64,000 nucleotides of DNA. Origin: Azolla caroliniana. Taxonomy: Eukaryota > Plantae > Polypodiophyta. The first letter of the stretch is position 1. Every line of letters starts with the position of its first letter. Where the stretch lies: contig JBHGNT010000001.1 of assembly GCA_043228905.1 (NCBI GenBank), forward strand, positions 37,076,001 through 37,140,000, in the 5' to 3' direction. The position numbers and the translations under genes were made by a program. The notes beneath the pieces are model-generated. The model ran no database searches. It saw nothing but the letters and a program-made list of their open reading frames with translations, and had not been told where the DNA came from. Shown here in pieces: positions 52,504 through 64,000 of the stretch.

Positions 52504-55500
52504 ATGATACTCATAGTCTATAGATGAACCAACTAGTGATGGATTATGTTCGTCTTCTCCTCATTCTATTAATCATAGTATGCAGCTTCATTTTGATGTT
52601 TATAACTCTTTCTTTGCATTCACACCATGCTTCTTGGTCCTCGATAAGTGTTATTATGTCCTTGTACTTTTTGCTATATGTCACACCCAAGTGGACACGA
52701 AGATGAGGTACAAGTCAAATACTCATTCGTTTGGGCTCATCAAAATATGCACATGGGAGAAAACCATAAAGAGACAAAATAGTATGATAAAATGGAAAGA
52801 GTATAATAGATAAATACGTAGAATCGATGTTTTTGCCATGTATATATCATATTGTTGCACAAAAGTACATGGGTAACTCTCTAGGTCCATGGAGAAGTTG
52901 TCATGTTGTAAAAACATTGTATTCATTACACTTGAGTGATGGATTTCTAACTTTATAAAAGTGTCCATAAAATTGTCGTTAAAATACATCCATAATAGGT
53001 ACTACAACTTTTTCTAAATAATAATATTTGTAGAAGATGTAACCTTGCGTCTTTGTTGTAGAAAACTTTTTGAAGATGGTGTCGAGTGCTTGCTAAAGCA
53101 AACTATTACAAAACTAGCTTCAATCGGCTTGTTTTTGTATCCATTATTATTTTCACCTTACTTGGTTCCATTAGCACAAATTCCAGGAAATGTCGTTTTG
53201 TACTACGGGAAAAGTGGCTTTTATATGATAAACCCAAGGACGATGTGTACATATATTTACTAAGCATCGATGCTTGTAGGTAAACTCTTGGTGCCTCGCA
53301 ATTTGTTTTTATGCCACTTGCTATTGAACTAAAGCAAAGTGATAATATTCGTTTTCTTGGAGTTATTGGGAGAGTAGCTTTTTGGTGATTCGACATTTGA
53401 CATGTTCTAACATCAAGTGTTTTTTGTGTGAGAAGCTTCATCGTGTGGATCGTCGTCACATCGAACCCAATCTTGACATAATGAAACAAGATATAACATA
53501 CTGTTGGGGTTTTGTTGTTGTGACAATACTTAGGTGATGATAACCAAGAAACGAAAGAAAATAAGTGCTTAGTGTCTAGTCGTCAACCTTTTTCCATCCT
53601 TTGTATGATAATTATTCATGATGCGTAGATTGCAATCATGCTCTCGACTAGGCCTGATTCAAAAACCTCTTATATGATTGGTATCACGAGTATGATATCT
53701 TTTTCTTTTCTCTAATGTGAAATAAGTTGATAATAGATGTAGCAGCCCCACAAAGAAGCTTGCCTATAGTAACTGATTTGAAATCTCGCTCAATACAAGA
53801 GGAAGCTGTCATAATATATTCGAACTCAATAGTACTTTGCCATGTTTAGTGTCTAATAGTTTGAAGTCTAAATTCAAGCGGCACAACCACTCATATTTGC
53901 ATGATGATAAAAAGAAACGAGAAGGATTTATCTCATTTACAACATAACTTAATAATGATTGGCCCATATTGTTATCCTTTATGATGAAAATTCTCAAGTA
54001 CTAGAGCCAAAATAACACTAAAAGAAGGAAATTTACACCAACATATTGCAATGAAGAAGAATTTGAAACCATGGGATATTTTCGATTTCATCCCTCTAGG
54101 GGTAGATAATGCGGACGAAGTTTGGAGAGCAAGGATGAGTCAAAATTGTGAATAAGAAAAAGGAGAGAAGAGCCTAGGCTCCACTCATGCACCCACACCT
54201 TCGTAGATCTTGTGGGTTTAGTTGACATACATACTAATAGATTACATTCCTATCCTATACATTCATTCATTTTAACACCTTGCCATCACTTTTTTAGTGA
54301 TTTTAATCAATAGGTCTAGACTCCATATCAATCTCAAAGTTTTCCAAGAGGGAAATCATTTTGATATGTTTTGTTGATTAGTCCAAACATCTTAGTCTAC
54401 ATGTTCATCATGTGTTGTTTGCTTTTATAGTTTGTATGCAGCTTGATGATTTAGGTTTGCCAAAGTGTTATAGGCTGCCATATATTGGCAAGAACATGTT
54501 GTTGATCAAATGTGATGATTAGTTTGTGCATATGGTTCGACGACAACCAACCATGTGGTGCTTGTGTAACTACGTTGATTGGTTAGTGTGTTTGATTGGC
54601 ACCACAAGCTTCAATGAGTGACCAACTCCACTCGTTCTTACTTGCCTATACAATATACGGCAAAACACCAATCAACCTTCATTTATTTGCTAATAATTGC
54701 CCTTGCTTGCAGTGGTGCACATAGAAAGTTCCCGACATCCTTATCACTTTTCAAATTATCTATCTTTTCAACAAGTGTGGGCTTATATATACAAGCCAAA
54801 TTTATATAAAACATGATGATGTAGTCATGTATAAGGTTTATGTTCCTTTACAAGGAATTTACTGTATCATTCATCATCTTTTGATTCATCCACGTCCATT
54901 ATTCTATATATGGGGTTGTCAAGATCCTAACTATGTTCCATGGGACCATCCAAATGTGTCATGTCATTCTATTGACTATTTCTTATCGAGTGTATGGGGT
55001 GAAACATGAATGCACAAGCAAACAATGAATGTTTACTAAAGGCAATTAAAAAATGTCTTTACTAAATGTAGTTTCTAGAACCCAAGGTTCAAAATGTTAT
55101 ATGGAAATGTAGGAAGTAAAAGTCTCGATATGTGTGCACATGCACACACATATATGTGTGTATAGAACAACATACTATGGACACCTAAAAAAATATGCTC
55201 AACATTGACATTTCTCCCTTATTCACTAATCAATCAATTAGGAACATATTCACATACGTATAATAATCAAAGTAATATAAGCACATTAAACCTCTATTGG
55301 CCGGTCATCAAATAATTTATGTATTGTTATCAATTCAATGATTGCCCTCACACATATTATAACCAGAAGACCCAGAAGACCGCGATGAGAGAGAAACATG
55401 GGTCGTTGCTGTCATCATTATTTTTTCTAGAAACGACCACACACACTTGAATGATCGAAAAAGGGGTTTCCCCCTTTTGCAATATATCACTTATAGTAGT

Positions 55501-56203
55501 ACGAGTACAAAAAAGAGAAGACAAAGTTTGCGGATATTGCATTATTGCTGGATTTTTTTTCGTACATCTTCTACACATCCTTACTACATGTGAAACAACC
55601 TACATATGCTTCTAAGTCAAATGAACTTCAAAGTACAAAAGTATGCTTTTATATACTTTTAATGCTACTCATATATAGACCAGACGGGGCTAGGGGTAAA
55701 GTTGTGTCATGTGAATGCTAAGATATTGAAAGCGCTTATGATATATGTACAATATAACACTAACACAATGTGCCTTGAGAATAATAAGTAAGGGCAACCA
55801 CCTTCAAGCGAAATGCGCCTAGCAATATTGACAATGGAACATCTAAAATCGGCACTGCATCTCGCCAAGGGTTGATGATCAATCAGAAACCATGTCCAGT
55901 TTTGTCTCACGTGATGAGGAAAGGTGGAAGCTCAATCGATAAAAACCGAAGCTCCAAAGACTCCATGATTCAGTGGTTCGAGAGAAGGCCTTGGCGCATG
56001 CACATGCACACACATTATTATGTTACATGTATATGTACATATGTACATACATTGTCAATTCGTCATTGAATCCTATACATAACATTATACATACATTGTC
56101 ATAGAAGGAAGAAGAAGAAGAAGAAGAAGAAGATAGAGAGCTCCATGGACCATCACCATAGCACATTAAGCAAGCAGCAGAGCATAGCACATAGCATACT
56201 ACC

Positions 56204-59200
56204 ATGTGTCTCCTCCTGTTGAAGGACTCCATCCAAGTAAGTACTACCTTCACCCTCCTACTCATCTTTTCATCTTCTGGCTTCTCTACCCAAGCAGGAG
56301 ACGAGAGCACACCTGACAGAGAATCACTGTTAAGGTTTAAAGACGGGATTTGGGAAGACCCACTTCAAGCTCTGAGCTCATGGACCCATGCAAGGTTCCT
56401 CCCCTTGCAATGGAACCTGGTCTGGAATCATAGGCAACAAAGACATCCCTCCGAGGGTAACCTCTCTAGACCTCAGACAAAGCAACCTCTCAGGCACAAT
56501 CACTCCTCATCTCTCAAACCTCACCATGTTAACGTACCTCTTAACCTGTCCTTCAACGCCCTCTCAGGACCGATCCCCGCGGGATTAGGTCGCATCTCGG
56601 TCTTAGCTCATCTCGACTTCAAGTACAATATGCTCATTGGCCCTGTCCCTCCAGGAATTGGTAACTGTACTGCATTGCTATGGCTTGATCTAAGCCATAA
56701 TGATCTCAACGGTACTCTCCCGGCTTCTCTTGGAAACCTACGTAGGCTCACAATGCTCCAACTTCATGACTTACCTGCCTTGAGTGGTGCCATACCACGA
56801 GAATATGGAAACCTAACCCAACTTAACTACCTTTATTTTGACGCCTGGAAGCATACCTTCTGAGCTCGGAAACCTCGTCCTGCTCAGAGAGCTTTACTTC
56901 TATGGGAACAAACTCAATGGCAATATTCCTTCTCAGCTTGGCTGGCTCCAGAACCTACAGTACATGTCTTTATTCGGGAATGCATTTGTGGGCAACATAC
57001 CTCCTGAGTTTGGAAACCTTAGTAGCATTGAGTATATGTGGTGTATGATCAATGGGCTCCAAGGACCCATTCCTGTGGAGCTTGGGAATCTCAGAAACTT
57101 GAAAGAACTTGATCTCTCGGTCAATAGCCTCTCAGGACCAATCCCACCTGAGCTCGGAAAGTTGAAGAATCTTCAGCAGCTCAAGTTATATGCAAACCAA
57201 CTCAGTGGGAGCATCCCCCAAGAGTTAGGCAACCTCACCAACCTTCGTTTTCTATATGTATTTAGTAATAGTCTTTCGGGCAAGATTCCTCCTGAGCTGG
57301 GTGAATTGAGAAGCTTGGAAATCCTCTGTCTTTACTTTAACAAGCTGAATGGGCCATTGCCGGTTGAGCTCAGTAAACTTCAGAAATTAACAAGTTTCAT
57401 CATCTTCAGTAATAGTTTGAGCGGGAATATTCCACTGGAACTTGGGAATCCGAAGGTCCTAAGTTCACTCTGTCTTGGCGATAATACATTCTCTGGTGAG
57501 TTGCCTTCAGAATTGGGGAAACTTGGAAACCTTTAGTATTTTGAGGTCAGTCCGAATCTTCTCAGTGGACCAATCCCTTCCACGTTAGGAATGGACTTGT
57601 CGAAAAACAAATTCTCAGGTACCTTACCAAAAGATTTGGCGAATTGTACAAGCCTCAAGTGGATAAAGATTGCCAATGACTCTTTGAGTGGAGGGGTCCC
57701 ATATGAGTTTACCTCACTCTCCCAGCTACATACATTGTCGCTTGCCCGGAACAAATTCAATGGAAGTCTTCTAGACTACTTTGCAAACTATAGTAGCATA
57801 GTGGTTCTAGATTTTTCACATAATCACTTCACAGGAACTCTTCCTGAGAGTTGAACTCAGATGGTGAACTTACGGGTTTTGATTGTGGGATATAACAACC
57901 TTGAGGGTATTTTGCCATCAGGGATCTGGGATCTAGGTCAATTACAGATCTTGGAGGTTTCAAACGACCAATTTCGGGTACTATTCCTACCGAGATTGAT
58001 AACTTGAATAGTTTCAAGAATAATGAAACTCAGACCAATCAAGAAAACACGTTGTGGAATGATGATGTGAGCTTTGATACGAAGGGTACACGAATTTACT
58101 TCAAATATCTTTTGGGGTTGGTCATCTCTCTAGATCTGTCAAGAAATAGGATATCAGGTTCTATACCTAATGAGATTGGCTTATTAACAGGGATATACAA
58201 CTTGAATCTCTCGAGAGCCGATTCTCAGCAGTCTTGGAAATGTTTTGACACTAGAGTCATTGGATGTTTCTAATAACCAACTGAATGGCACAATAACAGA
58301 TGAGCTAAGAAATCTAACTTCACTAGCATTCTTAAATCTATCAAACAATCAGCTATCCGGGGCGACCCCGAAGGGTATGTTCCTATTGAACTGCTGCTTC
58401 TCTTGTTTTACTTTGGCTTATTATTATTATGTTTCAACTCAACACGGAGCTGGTTCCTTTCAGGCCTTCAGTTTTCCACCTTTTCAAACCAGTCATATCT
58501 TGGAAATGTAAAGCTTTGTGGGTTTCCGCTTACTTTAAATTGCTTAGATACTGTATCAAACTCCAAGCCTCATCACAATGTCATCACATCAAAAGAAAAG
58601 ATCATAATTGTGTGTCTTTGCTACCTGTATTCATCATTAGAGGCATACTCATGTAGTACATCACAACAAAGAGAGAAAGACCGAGAGTTGCGGTGTTTGA
58701 TACGAGGATCAAACTCTCTGCTCAAGAGATTTTTCGTGCAACAGTGAATTACAAAGAGACCAGTATTATTGGTTGAGGTGGCTTTAGTATCGTGTATAAA
58801 GGTGTGTTGAGTAGTGGTATTGTTGTTGCTGTCAAGAAGCTGAATATCGAGAATCATCCTGAGATAGAAAAGAGTTCTATTTCAGAGTTGACTGCTTTAG
58901 GTCAGATTTGCCACCGGAATCTGGTGAAGATTATCGAAACTTTAACAACAAAAGCTTTCAAATGCTTGATACTGGAATATATACCAAATGGCAATCTAGA
59001 TCTGCATCTACATGCAGCCATACCTGTGTTAAGTTGGGAACATCAGCTGAAAATTGCTCTTGGAGTGGCACATGGACTTGTTTATCTACATAACGAAACA
59101 GGATTCGGCCAGGTCCTCCATTGTGACCTCAAGCCCAGCAACATTCTTCTCAATGAGGATTTTGAGCCCCATATCAGGGACTTTGGGATTTCACGAGTCA

Positions 59201-59579
59201 CATCTTCTGAGGTGAATAAGTCTGTTTCAGTAACTGCTATCCAAGGATCGATTGGATATGTGGTGCCAGGTATGTACTCTAATAAAAGTTGATAATTTAT
59301 CAACGCCTATGCTTAATGTGCATATCAAGATTTCAGCTCAGGAGAACTGTCCATTTACTTCCATGTGCCATCACTTGATAGCTATATGAACCATTGTGTC
59401 CCTGGCTTAGTATTTTTAGAGTGGTCATGCGACCTTGTATTTTTTGGTTTGCAGTGCCATTATGCAATGCAGTTAATATATTGGATGATTGATTGCTTGG
59501 TTTATATGCTTGTGTAATGTAGAATATGCATATGGTGAGAGATTGACCGACAAAGTGGATGTATATAGCTACGGGGTTG
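56204..59579 (+). pseudogene. LRR receptor-like kinase pseudogene, copy 2
   Basis: Same architecture and most of the same lesions as copy 1. Introns 58375-58463 and 59270-59522. Lacks three copy-1 lesions (12-bp duplication, TGA at 28169, 2-bp deletion in IGYVVP). Confidence 0.93.
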
Positions 59580-61679
59580 CATCTCACTATTCAAGCATGA
59601 TTTTGCCTTCCAATTCTTCGAGCCTATTCAGCTTTGAGACGCAATCATCGTCAAGAAGCCAGCAAGAGCATGGAATGTGGTGAGCGTAAGACATCATTTT
59701 GTTTTGGAGAAAATTGGATGCATAATGTCCTCATTTCAAGCAAGGTGAGTGTGTAACAAAATCATCATATTCTCTCAAGAGCCCCAAAATAGGATTGTCA
59801 TTGTCAATCCCCCTTTAACTTAATCATTACAAACTGAGCTTGTCTGCCTGTATTTAACTTCAAGTTCCCAAAGAATGATCAATGCACACATTGAACTCGT
59901 TCACTTACACACACACACACACACACACACCTGCCTGCCCACACCCACGCAGAAACACCTGCCTGCTTGCACACATACATGCACATGCACGCACACGCGC
60001 CCGCCCTCCCACGCCCGCGCGCGCACAGACACACAAACACACAATGGAAGCTTCCTAAAAGAATAATAAAATGTGTTCTAACTGAAGCTCCCAACATGCA
60101 GTCCACCAAAAGCCTAGCAAAAATTTCCTAAACCCTTTTTGTGCTCTTGAGGTTCAAAAATGAGGAAGTGAGGTAATGAACCCATAGGTTAATTATAATT
60201 AGTACTCAGGATGCAAAGATAATAGCACGTAACTAACTTCTTCCATAAGTTCACGCCTCCATTGATATGTGCAGACACCATTTAGTGAGTAGAAGAATGT
60301 TTTAGAAAACAAATATTGCAAGTATCCAGGTACAAAGCACATAGGCCATTTGAGCATCAGATGATGAAGATCATTCCAACCCAGTAATATCAGATGCAAG
60401 CAATGAGCTTTATTCACAGCCAAATACTACTACTCATTCCACGCATAATAGTTATACACATGGTTGTAAAACCATGTCAAGAACTATGAACAATTTTATA
60501 ACCATATAATACATTAAGATTGATTGACCTTGCTACATGGATATAAGCATACTACAATTACAAGAGCAGTTGTTGGCTATTAGAAATAGAGTTTGAAATG
60601 GGGAAACTATTATAAGATTGATGGAGGATTAAATATGTAGGCTCTACCATCTCAAGTTTGACAGTAAGGAGCACTATGTATATGCACAACATAAATGATG
60701 AGAGATAGAAATGGTAGTAAGGAGACCCATTTACATTATTGTTAATCATGATAAGTGAATGAACTAGCAGTCTCAGGGTAACAATCATTCCATTGAAGAA
60801 CTAGTAGCAAGATCCAATTCAACCAATTGAGAAGAGCTGTGTATACCTCACTTAAAGGCCATTGTCATATACCTATTCACATAGCCACCAAAGTACTAAA
60901 CGCACTGGCAATTGTTTCAAATGGAAGGAGATTCCCATCGTTACATATTTGCCTTCTCTCATACCAATATTAATAAATTGTCTCATGATGCAGCAACATA
61001 CAATGTATTGATTTTAAGTTTTAACCATATTACTCATTTGATTTCTCTTGATGCATAAATTTCATGCACTATGCAATGGCTATAATTTCATGCTGATTTT
61101 AAAATATGCATTACTATGCTTTATTTCTCATGATGCATAAGTTTCATACACGGCATGTTAATCTATACAAGTCATCTGTGTATGCAATCGATCCCCTGTA
61201 GTGCAATATTTTGACATCAGTTTTATAATCACACTCAGGTACAACACATTTACAAAACACTGGGTCAAGACCTTGAAACCAAGTTCATATAAAGCATGTT
61301 TTCTACCTTTTCAATTTCACAATATTGAGAAATCCACACTATAAACCCAAAAGGGATATGTAACAGCATTGATATGCCATTGTTCAATCAGAATGTGGGT
61401 TTGTCTTCATGATATGCTAAACTAGAAATTGTAAAACCCCGTAAAGGTGATTCAGCAGAGAATTTCTACAGTATCATCGCATCATTAAAAGAAATAATGT
61501 GTTCAGGATATCCCAAATCCTATATCCCCTTTCAAGGGACATTCATTTAGGTGATGTACAAAAGAAAAATAACGTGTTTTGTGTTATGATACAGAGATAA
61601 CAGTAGTGTGAATACAGAGCGTGGAAATTGGTAATTCCAGGCACATACCAAAATAGACCATTGAATCCAAGATGTGAGA

Positions 61680-63422
61680 TCATAATAGCTGTTTGTCATA
61701 AAATGCAGTCTGAAGCTGTTTTACATGGGCAAGCCATGCAGCAACATTCTGCCCATCAACAGTGATCCAGTCTACAGCCGTCGACGCTGGCTGTTCCCAC
61801 CACTCATCAACCTAGAAACAATATGATCAGATCAACTCCACCTCTGGCACTTTGGTTACCACAAATGCATGATAGCCTATGTTAAGAAAAATAAAATAAA
61901 AGAATATATGCTTCCTAATAGCATCATTATCCCTTCCAAACACCATGCAAATTCAACGGAATTGCCGGCTTATCCTCGATTGTCACTATGCAAAAACACT
62001 TTCAAATAGGGAGTTCAACTCATGTTACCAACCCCACAAATAGCATTCGAATTTGGGAGCACATGAATATAAAATAAAAATATGCTTCCTAGTACCAATT
62101 TCAAACTTCCACCATGCAAATACTATTAAAAATTTCCTTCTAATTACCATGCCTCTAACTGTTTTGCAATCATCCAGGCACTTCTGAGCATCCTGAACCG
62201 CCACCTTTAACTCAGGCAGCCATTGCTCCATGGCGGTTGTCTCCTGCTCAGCGGCTATTGATGAACAAGAAGTAGCAGTCCTGCCAAAAAGAGAACATCA
62301 AGATTTCTGATATGGTTTACATAAACAAAAAATAATGCAGATAAGAGAGTTTTTACTATTACTTTTCATGTTCAGGCCTTGAACTATTTGCACCCGCTAA
62401 CAGTGAATGTCCATTGCCAACAAGATTTCTCCATGTTTGAGCTCGTCTCATTGCTCCAGCAAGTTCTTCAAGCATGCATATGGGAGACATGAAAGGAGAG
62501 AAGATGAAACGCAAGGATTCTACCACAGTAGCTAGCCCCACATCGTCACCATCATATCCTATCAAGTCATACATAATAAATAAGCATATTAAAAATAATA
62601 TGCAGAGAATGCAGTATCTCCTCAAATACCTCCTTTTCTAGGTTTCTACTGAATTCCTACAGAAGTTATATTAGCAGCAGGGCATGCATCAAGAAAACAA
62701 GAGCTTGTATGGTTTTGTTACAACTATACCACTTATATTTTGAGTTGCTGCATTGATCCGGCAGATTGATGGTATAGCAGAAGGATCTTTAGCACCGGCT
62801 TTTGCTGTTAGTAAATCGGCAGTTCTTTCTATCGCAACTAATGATTCAGGTCCAGGAGGCCCACTCATACCGAATGCTTCTTGTAAGGCCTGTAAGATAA
62901 ATTTATGACCTTTTTTCATATGAAGATCCAATACATTTCTTTTCAACATCATTATGAGCTTTCACAACTTAACCATTTACTTAGCTTGCGCAGAGATTGA
63001 TATTCTGCAATATCTGTTTAGCCCATATTTTTGTGCCACAAACTACAGAGTTTTCCTAGAGTTGCAGTAATTCTTTCATTTTTCCTACAAATCCTTTTTA
63101 TCTTCCAGCCTACCCTTCCAGATGCAGCATTTTAGTGATGCATGAATCCAACCTTATTGAACAGAACAACTTGGACCTTACTACAAACACCAAATAGATA
63201 CATCCACAATCCACACCTTATATTCTGAGAGCAAACCTGTGATGTTGACGGAAGCATATATAGACGGTTATCTGGAACTCTCAAAAAAATCGAAACTTCT
63301 CTTTCAATGAGATCATGTGCATCTGCTGCCTTTTGTTGCACTCTGTTACATAATGGAATGACTGTAGTAGCTGAATGCTCTCTTGAACGCTTTGTGTGTT
63401 GCTCCCAAGCTGTTGCCGCAGC
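61680..63422 (-). CDS. AUG5: AUGMIN subunit 5 (HAUS5), five 3' exons, copy 2 (gene continues beyond the window end)
   Basis: Exons 63422-63237, 62889-62730, 62558-62363, 62280-62148 and 61811-61680, with the same peptides as copy 1. Confidence 0.92.
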
Positions 63423-64000
63423 CTGCAGTATGATCAACCTCACATTTAATGATGTGGCTTCGACGAAACTCAAATAAAACACGGAGACATGGTATATGTA
63501 ACTACAGAAAGAGAATGCAGCAGCAATTATAAAAGATTAAACCAGAAACCAAACATTGCAGAGTTTAAATGACTACGAAAAGTAGCATTTAGGCACTAGA
63601 ATTAACACAATTGGCATAAAGTTGTTCCATGAAAATCTGGGAGTAATCAATTTCATTGCAACATCTGTGCATGTTCCTTCTCTCCCATTGCATGGGACAT
63701 GGGGAGACCTCATAAAAGCTGATGGAGATAATTAATCACATGGAAATTTTGATTTCTGCCCTTTTCTCTTTAATACCCCACTTAATTATGCTTAATGAGT
63801 GAGCTTAGTACTCCTATCCTAACACAAAATAACCATACGGACTTACATCAATATATGCACGATGTCAATACATTTCCAACAAGCAAGTATTTAAAAAAAA
63901 ACAACTACCTGTTCTCCCTCTAAATCAGTTAATAGGTGCCATCTCTCATCCCATGATTCTATTGATAACTAAAATGGTTAAACACAATACCCCATTTTAA

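Overview
Eukaryotic land-plant nuclear DNA with GT-AG introns. A seed-free plant (fern, lycophyte or hornwort) is likely, inferred mainly from a plastid psbM fragment with an ACG start. The window holds a minus-strand tandem array of glutamate receptor-like channel genes (called GLR-A [partial], GLR-B and GLR-C here), a plus-strand LRR receptor-kinase pseudogene, and the 3' exons of AUGMIN5/HAUS5. A 100-N scaffold gap lies at 36966-37065. After it, ~27 kb (37066-64000) is a near-identical second copy of 7093-35118: either an uncollapsed haplotype or a young segmental duplication. Comparing the copies shows a young 5'-truncated LINE with a 17-bp target-site duplication (TSD) in copy 1 only, repair-type indels, and copy-specific pseudogene lesions. 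Other elements are an older fragment of the same LINE family, a foldback/MITE-like element, a decayed Ty3/gypsy gag, a psbM plastid insertion and short tandem repeats. The most unusual object is the receptor pseudogene, which joins an RLP-type island-domain + 4-LRR ectodomain to an FLS2/LRR-XII-like non-RD kinase and sits head-to-head with the GLR array. All calls come from reading the sequence by eye; no database searches were run.
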